This document shows positions 23,514 through 32,000 of a stretch of 32,000 bases of DNA, piece by piece. Numbering within the stretch: position 1 is the first letter of the stretch; each line of letters begins with the position of its first letter. Position numbers and translations under genes: made by a program. The notes under the pieces were generated by a model. The model was not told the origin of the DNA. It did no database searches and saw nothing but the letters and a program-made list of their open reading frames with translations. The DNA is from Clostridia bacterium (GTDB lineage: Bacteria; Bacillota; Clostridia; Oscillospirales; Acutalibacteraceae): positions 8,719 through 40,718 of the forward strand of contig JAGAMK010000032.1 of NCBI GenBank assembly GCA_017624735.1, written 5' to 3'.

Positions 23514-24776
23514 CTATTCCTTAATAAATTTTGCAAAGAAAAATCCATCAGAATCTTTGTGCGGAATTAAAGTCACCATTTCATCTAATTTAAAATCACT
23601 ATGTTCAGACAAAAATCTCTCACAAATATTTTCATTTTCTTTCTTACTTAAAGAACAAGTGGAATAAACTAACACACCTTTTTCTTTTACATATAGAGAC
23701 GAATTATTTAAAATATTATATTGCAAATCACATAATTTGTCAATAAAAGCGAAATCCTTGTACTTGATTTCAGGTTTTCTTCTAATTACACCCAGACCTG
23801 CACAAGGTACATCACAAAGGACCTTATCAGCCTTTGGTAACTTATGATTAAAAACAGACGCATCACCTATCTGTGCATCAATTATATCAATACCAAGCCT
23901 TTTTGCTCCATCATTAATAAGTTTAATTTTATGCTCATATAGGTCAAATGAATAAATTTTACCTTTATTATTCATTTTTTCGGCCATTGTATACGATTTT
24001 CCTCCAGGTGCGGCACAAAGGTCAAAAACAACATCATTTTCCTGTGGATTCAAGTAATCAATACATGTCTGTGATGCCAAATCTTGAGCATGAAAATAAC
24101 CTTTTTTGTAACTTTCAGATTTAAAGGGAGAACCATTAATAATCTCTATCGATGTTTCATTATTTTCAACTTGTTTTGCTAACACACCTTCTTGTTTTAA
24201 TTGAAAAATCAATTCTTTAGATGTAACTTTCAAAGTATTTACACGAACAAACAACGGAGCTGAGCCTAGCGAAGATGATAGTATTTTCTCTGCTTGTATG
24301 TAACCATAATCGTTAATATAATGCTCAACTAACGATTCTGGACATGAATATTTTATACTTAAATCATAAATTTTATTATCCGTTTTAGGTAATTGAATTT
24401 CATTTGAAGCAATTTTTCTTAAAACAGAGTTTATCAAACCCGATGCAAAAGAACATTTTACTTTTTTTGATAATTTTACACTTTCATTAACCGCTGCAGA
24501 ATCAGGCACCTTATCCATATATTTTATTTGATAAACGCCCATTCTTAAAATAGTCAAAACTTGTGGATTAAGCTTTTTTATTGGCTGTGCAAGAAATTCT
24601 GAAAGAAAGAAATCAATTGTTATTTTTCTTTCAATTACGCCATAGACAAGTGCACACACAAAAGGAGCCGATGTTGCCTCGTTTTCACTGAGGACAACAT
24701 CAACTGTAATGTTTGAATATGCTTTATCTCGTTCTATTTTACTTAAAATCTTATAAGCTAAAAATCTATCATCCAT
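23514..24776 (-). CDS. rsmB: 16S rRNA (cytosine967-C5)-methyltransferase
   Basis: NusB-like N-terminus. Motifs DLCAAPGGKS, DVPCAGLGVIRRKPE and YSTCS. It terminates with TAG. Confidence 0.85.
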   Translation of the reverse strand: MDDRFLAYKILSKIERDKAYSNITVDVVLSENEATSAPFVCALVYGVIERKITIDFFLSEFLAQPIKKLNPQVLTILRMGVYQIKYMDKVPDSAAVNESVKLSKKVKCSFASGLINSVLRKIASNEIQLPKTDNKIYDLSIKYSCPESLVEHYINDYGYIQAEKILSSSLGSAPLFVRVNTLKVTSKELIFQLKQEGVLAKQVENNETSIEIINGSPFKSESYKKGYFHAQDLASQTCIDYLNPQENDVVFDLCAAPGGKSYTMAEKMNNKGKIYSFDLYEHKIKLINDGAKRLGIDIIDAQIGDASVFNHKLPKADKVLCDVPCAGLGVIRRKPEIKYKDFAFIDKLCDLQYNILNNSSLYVKEKGVLVYSTCSLSKKENENICERFLSEHSDFKLDEMVTLIPHKDSDGFFFAKFIKE

Positions 24777-24779
24777 AAT

Positions 24780-25487
24780 TTATTTTCTTCTTCTGTTAAC
24801 TGTAAGAATTAAACGTAGCAAACTCGCAACACTAACTGCTAGTGAGGCAACATAAGTCATTGCAGCTGCAGATAATACTTTTTTTGCACCATCTTTTTCT
24901 TGTTCACTTAGAATATCTGTTTCCCCAATAACTTGAATTGCTCTCTTGCTTGCATTAAATTCAACCGGAAGTGTAATAAGTTGAAATAAAACAGCAAATG
25001 AGAAAAATATAACACCTGCATAAGCTAAAGGAGTAAATCCAAGAAAAAAACCAATAATTGCCAAGGGAATTCCCAACTTTGAGCCGAGGTTTGCCAAAGG
25101 CAAAACTGTGTTTCTCATTTTTATTGGTACATAACCCTGTGCATACTGTGCAGCATGGCCTGCCTCATGACACGCAACTCCAATTGCAGCAACCGATATT
25201 GAATTATATACATTATCTGATAATCTTATAACATTAGTTCTTGGGTCAAAATGGTCAGTAAGATTTCCATTAACCCGCTCAATTTTAACATTTGTTATTC
25301 CATAATAACGTAAAACTTCAAAAGCCGCCTGTGCTCCAGTTAATCTTCTTGATGACAACACCTTTGAATACTTTTTAAATGAAGAGTTAACCTTTGCAGA
25401 TGCAATCATAGATAACACTATCATCGGTAAAACTAAAATAATATAGTAATAGTTTGAAAGATAGTAGTAATCGAAATATCCACCCAT
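24780..25487 (-). CDS. Membrane zinc metallopeptidase (Zn_peptidase_2 / YpfJ-like family)
   Basis: HEAGHAAQ motif with flanking TM helices. Confidence 0.75.
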   Translation of the reverse strand: MGGYFDYYYLSNYYYIILVLPMIVLSMIASAKVNSSFKKYSKVLSSRRLTGAQAAFEVLRYYGITNVKIERVNGNLTDHFDPRTNVIRLSDNVYNSISVAAIGVACHEAGHAAQYAQGYVPIKMRNTVLPLANLGSKLGIPLAIIGFFLGFTPLAYAGVIFFSFAVLFQLITLPVEFNASKRAIQVIGETDILSEQEKDGAKKVLSAAAMTYVASLAVSVASLLRLILTVNRRRK

Positions 25488-25489
25488 AT

Positions 25490-26422
25490 TTATTCTCCTA
25501 TAATAATACCCTTATCAATTTTATGTCCTCTTAAGAAACTTGCAGTATCTGTTTTTCTTTTTCCTTCTGCTTGGATTTCAAGTATTTCTATTGCTTTTCC
25601 ATCCCCACACATACAAACAAGTCTGTTATTATTATCTACTATTTCACCAAATCTACCAACAAACTTCTCTGTTAATACTTGGGACGAGTGAATTTTGAAT
25701 TTTTTTCCCGAGATGACAGTTGTAGCAACAGGCCAAGGACATAAACCGCGTATGTGATTATGAACCTCCTCGGCAGGTTTGCTAAAATCAATAGGACATA
25801 ATTCTTTAGATAACATTGGAGCATAATTTGAAAGTGCATCATTTTGTTTTTGTGGATTCAAATTACCCTTTTTAAGTTCAATAACAGTTTCTAATAATGT
25901 TTCGGCACCAATTATTGAAAGTTTATCGTGAAGCATTCCTGCATTCATATCATCTGATATTTTTAATGATTTTTTTAAAAGCATATCACCTGTGTCAAGT
26001 CCAACGTCCATCTGCATTGATGTAACACCTGTTTCTTTTTCACCATTGATAATACTCCATTGAATTGGTGCAGCACCTCTTAGTTTTGGAAGTAATGAGG
26101 CGTGAATATTTATACATCCAAATTTAACACTTTCAAGAATTTCTTTTGGAAGAATCTTACCAAATGCAACAACAATGATTAAATCTGCATTAAGTGAATT
26201 TATAATTTCTAGTGCAGTACCATCTCTCATGGAATTTGGTTGAAAAACAGGAATATCATTCTCTAATGCACAAACCTTGACAGGAGGCGGAGTTAATTCA
26301 TATCCTCTACCCTTTGGTTTATCCGGTTGTGTAAATACACCAACTACCTCATCTTCACTATTTATAAGAGCTTCTAAACAAGGTACAGAGAATTCAGGTG
26401 TACCCATAAAGATTATACGCAT
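25490..26422 (-). CDS. fmt: Methionyl-tRNA formyltransferase
   Basis: MRIIFMGTPEFSVP, NIHASLLP..RGAAPIQ. It lies adjacent to def. Confidence 0.9.
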   Translation of the reverse strand: MRIIFMGTPEFSVPCLEALINSEDEVVGVFTQPDKPKGRGYELTPPPVKVCALENDIPVFQPNSMRDGTALEIINSLNADLIIVVAFGKILPKEILESVKFGCINIHASLLPKLRGAAPIQWSIINGEKETGVTSMQMDVGLDTGDMLLKKSLKISDDMNAGMLHDKLSIIGAETLLETVIELKKGNLNPQKQNDALSNYAPMLSKELCPIDFSKPAEEVHNHIRGLCPWPVATTVISGKKFKIHSSQVLTEKFVGRFGEIVDNNNRLVCMCGDGKAIEILEIQAEGKRKTDTASFLRGHKIDKGIIIGE

Positions 26423-26426
26423 AAAA

Positions 26427-26897
26427 TCAGTCCTTATTGTATTTTTCTATTTCTTCCTGAGAACATAATTTGTCAATATACAAAGTACCATCAAGATGGT
26501 CAATTTCATGGCAGAAAGCTTTTGCTTTCAATTCAGTGCCTTTATAAACACACCAATTACCATTTCTATTTTGCGCTTTTACCTTAACAGCCATCGGTCT
26601 TAATGTATAACCTGACTTACCAGGTAAAGAAAGACAACCTTCAACACCAAACTGTTCTCCCTCAACCTCAATTATTTCAGGGTTAATAAGTTCAATTAAG
26701 CCGTCTCCTACATCAACAATAACTACTCTTTTTAAAATACCAACCTGAACCGCAGCTAATCCAACACCTTCTGCTTGATACATAGTATCCTTCATATCGT
26801 CAAGTAACAACCAAAGCTTTTCGTCAAAATTTTCAACAATTCTACTTTTTTTTCTTAAAATCGGGTCATTATCAGTTCTTATATTTCTTATAGCCAT
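26427..26897 (-). CDS. def: Peptide deformylase
   Basis: [15 protein letters not shown] and HEIDHLDG motifs. Confidence 0.9.
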   Translation of the reverse strand: MAIRNIRTDNDPILRKKSRIVENFDEKLWLLLDDMKDTMYQAEGVGLAAVQVGILKRVVIVDVGDGLIELINPEIIEVEGEQFGVEGCLSLPGKSGYTLRPMAVKVKAQNRNGNWCVYKGTELKAKAFCHEIDHLDGTLYIDKLCSQEEIEKYNKD

Positions 26898-26908
26898 TTT
26901 AGAACTCC

Positions 26909-29353
26909 TTATAATAAACTTTCTGGATTAATATCAGCATAAATGCTGACATTATCATATTTATTTTCTTTGGTAAATTGTTTTAGTAATTCGCTTATCA
27001 TTCTCCTAAATTCAACTGAATTTTTACACTTAATAATTATTCGTTCATGATATTTGCCACCAACCTTTGAAACCCTAGGGGTAACAGGTCCAAGAACAAT
27101 AATATCGTTATTCTTATATTGTTGAGAATGAACAGTTTTTAACTGATTTAAAAAATCGTTTGCTGCTCGTTTTGATGCAATTTCAATATCTGATGTGAAA
27201 CCTATTACACACAAATCACAGAACGGTGGATATATCATCGCTTTACGTATTGGCAACTCAACATTATAAAATGAATCATAATCCTGTTCTTTAGCCATTG
27301 TAACGATTTCACTATCAGGAAATGAGGTTTGAATATAAGCTTTACCGGGTGACTCACCTCTGCCACTACGACCAATAACTTGTGTAATTAAGTCAAATGC
27401 TCGTTCACCACTTTTATAGTCATCGTTATATAACATTTGGTCAATATTCAGAACACCAACAAGAGTTACATCCGGAAAATCTAAACCTTTAGCAACCATT
27501 TGAGTTCCAATAAGAATATCATAATCATGTTTACCGAATGAATTGAAATTCTTTTCAAAAGAATAACGTGAAGAGGTTGTATCAGTATCCATACGCAATA
27601 TCCTAGCATCCGGCACAATTAAACTTAATTCTTCTTCTAATTTTTGAGTTCCTGAACCGGTAAATTTTACTGATTCAGTATTACAATTACTACATTTTTT
27701 TGAAAATGGCACAGAATAACCGCAATAATGACACATCAGTCTACCATTTTTAATATGATATGTCAGTGAAATACTACAATTCGGACAAGTTAAAACCGTA
27801 CCACATTCAGTACAATGTGCATAAGTATTATAACCACGTCTGTTAAGTAATAAGATTGACTGTTTACCTTTTGCATAGTTATCTTTAAGTTCATCAGCAA
27901 GGTGTTTGCTTATGTTTTCAAGAATCATATCACTTTGATATGTGGTATCAATTAATTGAACCTCGGGAAGAACGGCATTACCATATCTGTTTTGAAGCAT
28001 AAAGAGTGAATATACTCCGTTTTTGGCTTTGGTGTATGTATCAATAGATGGCGTAGCAGATGACAAAACAAGTAATCCCTTGTGACAACCAACACGATAA
28101 CGAGCAACATCTTTTGCGTTATATCTTGGCGACATTTCAGATTTATATGTGTGTTCTTGTTCTTCATCAATAATAATGAGTCCAACATCATCAAAAGGTG
28201 CAAAAACAGCAGAACGAGTTCCAATTGCAATTTCTGCATCACCATTTTTTATGCGTTTCCATTCATCAAGACGTTGACCAAGAGAAAGTGCACTATGAAA
28301 AACTGCTACCTTGTCACCATATCTGCTATAAAACAGTGAAAGCATCTGTGGTGTTAGGGAAATTTCTGGAATCATAACAATGATTCCCCTATCAGTTTTT
28401 AAAGCATCATCAATAAGTTTTAAATAAACCTTTGTTTTCCCGCTACCAGTAACACCATACAGCAAAGCACCATTGGCTTTATCTTCATTATAAAGATTGA
28501 GAAGACCGGCATAAGCTTTTAATTGTTCATTTGATAGATTAATAGTAGAATCATCCAATTCTTCCTCATAATCATAAGGTTTACGAAAGATTTCATCATC
28601 AAATGTTCTGATAATATTCTTATTCTCAAGAGCAGATATTACTGCCGAAGAGTAACCAGTAAAATAACAAAGTTCTTTAATTGAAACAACACCAACATCA
28701 GAAAGTATTCTTACAACTTCTCTCTGTTTTTTTGTCAATTTATCAATTTCCGGACTTTCGGGTTGAATCGCAAGTTCTACCATTTTTATGGTAGCATCGT
28801 TCATTTTACGTTGTGCATCAACATTCTTCAAGAGAATGCCTTTATCAACCATTTTATCGAGATAACCGATATTTTTGAGATTACATGATGATATCACCAA
28901 TTCGCTTTTTACAAAATTCTTTTTTGTCTTTAAATACTCACACACCTTTGATTCGCATTCATCTAAAATACCGTCAAAATCAGGATTAAGTGCATAAAAT
29001 GTGTTAACAGACAAAAGCAAACCATGTGGTAAGAATAGCTTACAAGCATCAAAATATGTACAAAAACACATATCATGTATGAAATTTGATGTTTTTAACA
29101 TTTCTCTCGTTAGCAAAGGTTCACAATCAATTACAGAATCTATTTTTTTTAGTTTCTTGATTGTTCCGGCACAAGAATCTTTACTAAAAACAATACCAAC
29201 ACGTTTTTTTGATGAATTTCCAAAAGGAACAAGAACTCTTTTACCTGGAATAACATCATCAAATAAAAAATCGGGCACAGAATACTCAAATAACATGTCA
29301 AAAGAATATGCTGTATTTTCAACAGCAACTTTTGCAACAGTTAAACTGCTCAT
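26909..29353 (-). CDS. priA: Primosomal protein N' (replication restart helicase)
   Basis: [15 protein letters not shown] and the zinc-binding CTECG...CPNC...CHYCG...CSNC cluster. Confidence 0.9.
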   Translation of the reverse strand: MSSLTVAKVAVENTAYSFDMLFEYSVPDFLFDDVIPGKRVLVPFGNSSKKRVGIVFSKDSCAGTIKKLKKIDSVIDCEPLLTREMLKTSNFIHDMCFCTYFDACKLFLPHGLLLSVNTFYALNPDFDGILDECESKVCEYLKTKKNFVKSELVISSCNLKNIGYLDKMVDKGILLKNVDAQRKMNDATIKMVELAIQPESPEIDKLTKKQREVVRILSDVGVVSIKELCYFTGYSSAVISALENKNIIRTFDDEIFRKPYDYEEELDDSTINLSNEQLKAYAGLLNLYNEDKANGALLYGVTGSGKTKVYLKLIDDALKTDRGIIVMIPEISLTPQMLSLFYSRYGDKVAVFHSALSLGQRLDEWKRIKNGDAEIAIGTRSAVFAPFDDVGLIIIDEEQEHTYKSEMSPRYNAKDVARYRVGCHKGLLVLSSATPSIDTYTKAKNGVYSLFMLQNRYGNAVLPEVQLIDTTYQSDMILENISKHLADELKDNYAKGKQSILLLNRRGYNTYAHCTECGTVLTCPNCSISLTYHIKNGRLMCHYCGYSVPFSKKCSNCNTESVKFTGSGTQKLEEELSLIVPDARILRMDTDTTSSRYSFEKNFNSFGKHDYDILIGTQMVAKGLDFPDVTLVGVLNIDQMLYNDDYKSGERAFDLITQVIGRSGRGESPGKAYIQTSFPDSEIVTMAKEQDYDSFYNVELPIRKAMIYPPFCDLCVIGFTSDIEIASKRAANDFLNQLKTVHSQQYKNNDIIVLGPVTPRVSKVGGKYHERIIIKCKNSVEFRRMISELLKQFTKENKYDNVSIYADINPESLL

Positions 29354-29390
29354 ACTCTGCCCCCTCTCATTTATAATATTTAGTTTTTAA

Positions 29391-29600
29391 TTAAAAATTT
29401 TGAAGTTCTTCTGATTCAACTACTTCAAATTTACCATTAATAATTTCATCTAACGCAATGCTTACTGGTTTTTCATTGAGAATCTCACCATTTTCCTGAG
29501 CTTCTGATGAAATTTCTCTTGCTCTTTTTGCAACAGCTGTTACAAGTGAATAACGGCTTGTGTTGTTTGCAAGTACTTTTCTTAAATCTGGATTAAACAT
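29391..29600 (-). CDS. rpoZ: DNA-directed RNA polymerase subunit omega
   Basis: 69 aa, with NTSRYSLVTAVAKRAREI. It lies downstream of gmk. Confidence 0.85.
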   Translation of the reverse strand: MFNPDLRKVLANNTSRYSLVTAVAKRAREISSEAQENGEILNEKPVSIALDEIINGKFEVVESEELQNF

Positions 29601-30207
29601 TATTTATTACCTCACTTACATAATTGTTCATTCTTTTATATGAAAAATCAAGAGACTTAACAATGGACAAAACATTGTTAGAGACACTTTCTAAATCATC
29701 ATTAATTACAATAAAATCATAGTCTTTGCTTCGTTTTATTTCTTCTCGAGCAATGTCTAATCTTTTCTTAATATCATCCTCTTTTTCAGTACCTCTAGAA
29801 CGAAGACGATTCTCCAATTCTTTCATAGATGGAGGTAAAACAAAAATAGCAACTGAATCAGGATACAATTCTTTAATCTTTGTTGCACCTTGAACTTCAA
29901 TCTTTAAAATTACTGTTTTTCCTTCACTAAGCCATTTGTCAATAGGAGCTTTTGGTGTACCATATAAATTAGAACCATATTTAGCAAACTCAAGAACTTT
30001 TCCTTGAGCAATCATATTTTCAAATTCATCCATGGAAATAAAATAGTAATCTTTTCCATCAACTTCATTTTCACGAATATCTCTTGTTGTTAAAGAAATA
30101 GATTTTTGTAAGCTCTTATCTTTATTCAAAACAATATCAAGAACAGCATCTTTTCCTACTCCTGATGGTCCTGAAAAAAGGATAAGCATACCTTCCTTAT
30201 TCGCCAT
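29593..30207 (-). CDS. gmk: Guanylate kinase
   Basis: GPSGVGKD P-loop, TTR and EVQG. The ATG at 30207 ([11 protein letters not shown]) is preferred over the longer track ORF. Confidence 0.9.
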   Translation of the reverse strand: MANKEGMLILFSGPSGVGKDAVLDIVLNKDKSLQKSISLTTRDIRENEVDGKDYYFISMDEFENMIAQGKVLEFAKYGSNLYGTPKAPIDKWLSEGKTVILKIEVQGATKIKELYPDSVAIFVLPPSMKELENRLRSRGTEKEDDIKKRLDIAREEIKRSKDYDFIVINDDLESVSNNVLSIVKSLDFSYKRMNNYVSEVINNV

Positions 30208-30463
30208 AACCTGACCCCTCTGTTTCGTCAATGTTTTCTATTCTGTTCAAAATTGTTTCAGCCTTAAGATATGTAGAAACAACATGGTCACTATCCATAA
30301 TGAGTACTGCCTGTGTTTTTCTGCCTTGTGTTGCATCAATCAGCATTCTCTTCTCTTTTGCTTCCGAAACAATTCGTTTGATTGGTGCAGAATCTGTTGA
30401 AACAATAGCAACAACTCTATCCGCATTAACTGCATTACCAAACCCAACATTGATTAATTTCAT
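30197..30463 (-). CDS. remA: RemA/YlzA family (DUF370) regulatory protein
   Basis: [32 protein letters not shown]...[10 protein letters not shown]. Confidence 0.85.
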   Translation of the reverse strand: MKLINVGFGNAVNADRVVAIVSTDSAPIKRIVSEAKEKRMLIDATQGRKTQAVLIMDSDHVVSTYLKAETILNRIENIDETEGSGYGE

Positions 30464-30472
30464 TAAAATACC

Positions 30473-31357
30473 TCATTCAATATTTTGAATCTGTTCTCTG
30501 ATTTTTTCAATTTCAGCTTTAATATCAATAACATTTCTTGCTATTGAAACATCTTGCGCCTTTGAACCAATTGTGTTTGCTTCACGATTCATTTCCTGAA
30601 CAAGAAAGTCAGTTTTTCTACCAACTGCATCATCACTTTCAAGAAATTGTCTTAACTGGTCAATATGACTTCTGAGTCGTACAGTTTCTTCAGCAACTGC
30701 AACTTTATCAGCAAAAATTGCACATTCAGTAAGCAATCTCTGTTCATCAACCTGAACATCTGACAAAAACTCATTAATTCTTGCAAGTAATTTTTCATTA
30801 TACTCTTTCACTGTTTCAGGTGAACGTTTTTCAATAGATGAAACTTTTTCTAGAATCAAATCAGCTCTCGAAAGAACATCGTCTTTAAGCTTTTTACCCT
30901 CTGTTTCACGCATGAAAATAAATCTATCAACAGCAGAGCTAACAACTTCTTTCACTGCATTCCATATTTTATCTTCATCTGCTTCTTTTTTATGTACAGC
31001 AAACACATCGTTGTATCTTGCAAGTGACGACATAGCCAAATCATCTCTAAGATTAAGCTGATTTCTTTCAGCAAGTTCTTTCAAAGCATTAAGATATGAT
31101 TCAGCCAATGAGTGATTAACTAAAATCTCAACATCATCATCCTCAAGATTTTCCACTGAAACATAACACTCAACTTTACCACGAGAAACTCTTGAACCAA
31201 TATAAGTTTTTAACTTTTCCTCAAGAAATCCATAACTTCTTGGCACACGTGAGTTGAATTCAAAATATCTGTGATTAACACTTTTAATTTCAACTGTAAT
31301 ACTCATTGTTCCGACAACAGCTTGTGCTCTACCGTAGCCCGTCATACTTTTAATCAT
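30473..31357 (-). CDS. yicC: YicC/YloC family stress-induced protein (endoribonuclease family)
   Basis: MIKSMTGYGRA...SVNHRY...C-terminal FLVQEMNREANTIGSK. Confidence 0.85.
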   Translation of the reverse strand: MIKSMTGYGRAQAVVGTMSITVEIKSVNHRYFEFNSRVPRSYGFLEEKLKTYIGSRVSRGKVECYVSVENLEDDDVEILVNHSLAESYLNALKELAERNQLNLRDDLAMSSLARYNDVFAVHKKEADEDKIWNAVKEVVSSAVDRFIFMRETEGKKLKDDVLSRADLILEKVSSIEKRSPETVKEYNEKLLARINEFLSDVQVDEQRLLTECAIFADKVAVAEETVRLRSHIDQLRQFLESDDAVGRKTDFLVQEMNREANTIGSKAQDVSIARNVIDIKAEIEKIREQIQNIE

Positions 31358-31375
31358 TATATCACTCCAAACGAA

Positions 31376-31750
31376 TTATTTACAGCAACTACCCTTTAAT
31401 AGACTTGGGATATCACCACTATAAACGTTATCGTTATTTTCAAATCCAAGATGAGATAAAACATCCGATATTTCATGAATTTTACAATATGCCATATAGG
31501 CATTTCTGTTTGCACAATAATTAAGTGCAGAACGTAAAAAACCTTCTACAAGAAGTTTATCAGAATAATCACATTCAATTATTTCAATATTACACTTGTA
31601 TGTGTCAATGGACATAAGGCAAGAACCAACCTGGTTCCCTTCCTCATCAATCCCCAAGTATGCACCATAAGTAATCTCATTGATAAATGTAAAATCAGTG
31701 AAATTTTGTTTTATATCATCAAGTTTAATTATTGGTTTAAAAAAAATCAT
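31376..31750 (-). CDS. Hypothetical 124-aa protein (possibly a small GNAT-like fold)
   Basis: Uninterrupted track ORF in the same orientation as its neighbours. I recognised no motif with confidence. Confidence 0.45.
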   Translation of the reverse strand: MIFFKPIIKLDDIKQNFTDFTFINEITYGAYLGIDEEGNQVGSCLMSIDTYKCNIEIIECDYSDKLLVEGFLRSALNYCANRNAYMAYCKIHEISDVLSHLGFENNDNVYSGDIPSLLKGSCCK

Positions 31751-31754
31751 TACT

Positions 31755-32000
31755 TTAGTTTCTTTCTTTCATAGATGCTGCAACAGTCAGTTTGTGTACT
31801 TCATCTTCAGTTAAATGACGCCAGTCGCCTTGTTTAAGCATACCAAGTTTAACTGAACCAATTTGTGTTCTTTTTAATCTTGCTACTTCAAGTCCTAATG
31901 TCTCACACATTTTACGAATCTGTCTGTTGCGTCCTTCATAAATAATAATTTCTAAAACAACTCTGCCTTCTTTTTTCTCAAGGACTCGAACTTCAGATGG
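31755..32000 (-). CDS. Pseudouridine synthase, RsuA/RluB family. C-terminal 81 codons only; the 5' end lies beyond the window end.
   Basis: My translation is ...VVLEIIIYEGRNRQIRKMCETLGLEVARLKRTQIGSVKLGMLKQGDWRHLTEDEV...MKERN*. It contains the EGRNRQIR motif. Confidence 0.8.
   Translation of the reverse strand, partial: PSEVRVLEKKEGRVVLEIIIYEGRNRQIRKMCETLGLEVARLKRTQIGSVKLGMLKQGDWRHLTEDEVHKLTVAASMKERN

Noticed and set aside
26277-30488. ORFs 26277..26468 (+), 27952..28245 (-), 28082..28339 (+), 29001..29390 (+), 29149..29337 (-) and 30231..30488 (+).
   Set aside because: All overlap well-supported housekeeping genes (fmt, priA, remA) in other frames or on the opposite strand.
1-32000. CRISPR arrays, rRNA genes and tRNA genes (including a suppressor tRNA).
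   Set aside because: I saw no regularly spaced direct-repeat array and no cloverleaf-like segment with a GTTCRANYC T-loop in any intergenic region. Eye-scanning can miss a divergent tRNA, so tRNAscan-SE or ARAGORN should be run.

Overview
The window is an AT-rich chromosomal segment from a low-GC, spore-forming Firmicute of class Clostridia. A dockerin-bearing secreted enzyme suggests a Ruminococcus-like, cellulosome- or amylosome-type organism, but this assignment is tentative. Most of the window is ordinary, strongly syntenic housekeeping DNA. On the left are pcrA (partial), a DivIVA-like protein, an alpha/beta hydrolase, a dockerin-GH73 cell-wall hydrolase, a GHL10 lipoprotein and a perR-rubrerythrin operon. 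On the right are an ECF sigma/anti-sigma pair and the classic Firmicute block priA-def-fmt-(Zn peptidase)-rsmB-rlmN-stp-prkC-rsgA-thiN-spoVM, all on the minus strand, followed by rpoZ-gmk-remA-yicC and a partial pseudouridine synthase. The exception is a ~8.3 kb integrated element (about 7674..15952) inserted into the 3' end of the rubrerythrin gene. It is bounded by a 26-bp perfect direct repeat that sits inside a ~100-bp imperfect duplication of the rbr 3' end. It carries a tyrosine integrase, a WYL regulator, a PH/zinc-ribbon/SHOCT protein, a small serine recombinase, an XRE-type switch, two tandem paralogous small proteins, and a five-gene operon (RHH, Rep-like, GIY-YIG, two small ORFs). 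It has no virion, lysis or conjugation genes. The most striking observation is that four consecutive genes of that operon are interrupted only by in-frame TAG codons, six in total including a TAG-TAG pair, with no TAA or TGA interruptions and no frameshifts. No gene of the element terminates with TAG, while neighbouring host genes do. This pattern suggests amber read-through or recoding (TAG-gated translation), possibly a satellite that depends on a suppressor tRNA supplied in trans. I could not find a tRNA in the window. All coordinates of small sites were counted by hand and may be off by 1-2 nt. No database search was possible.
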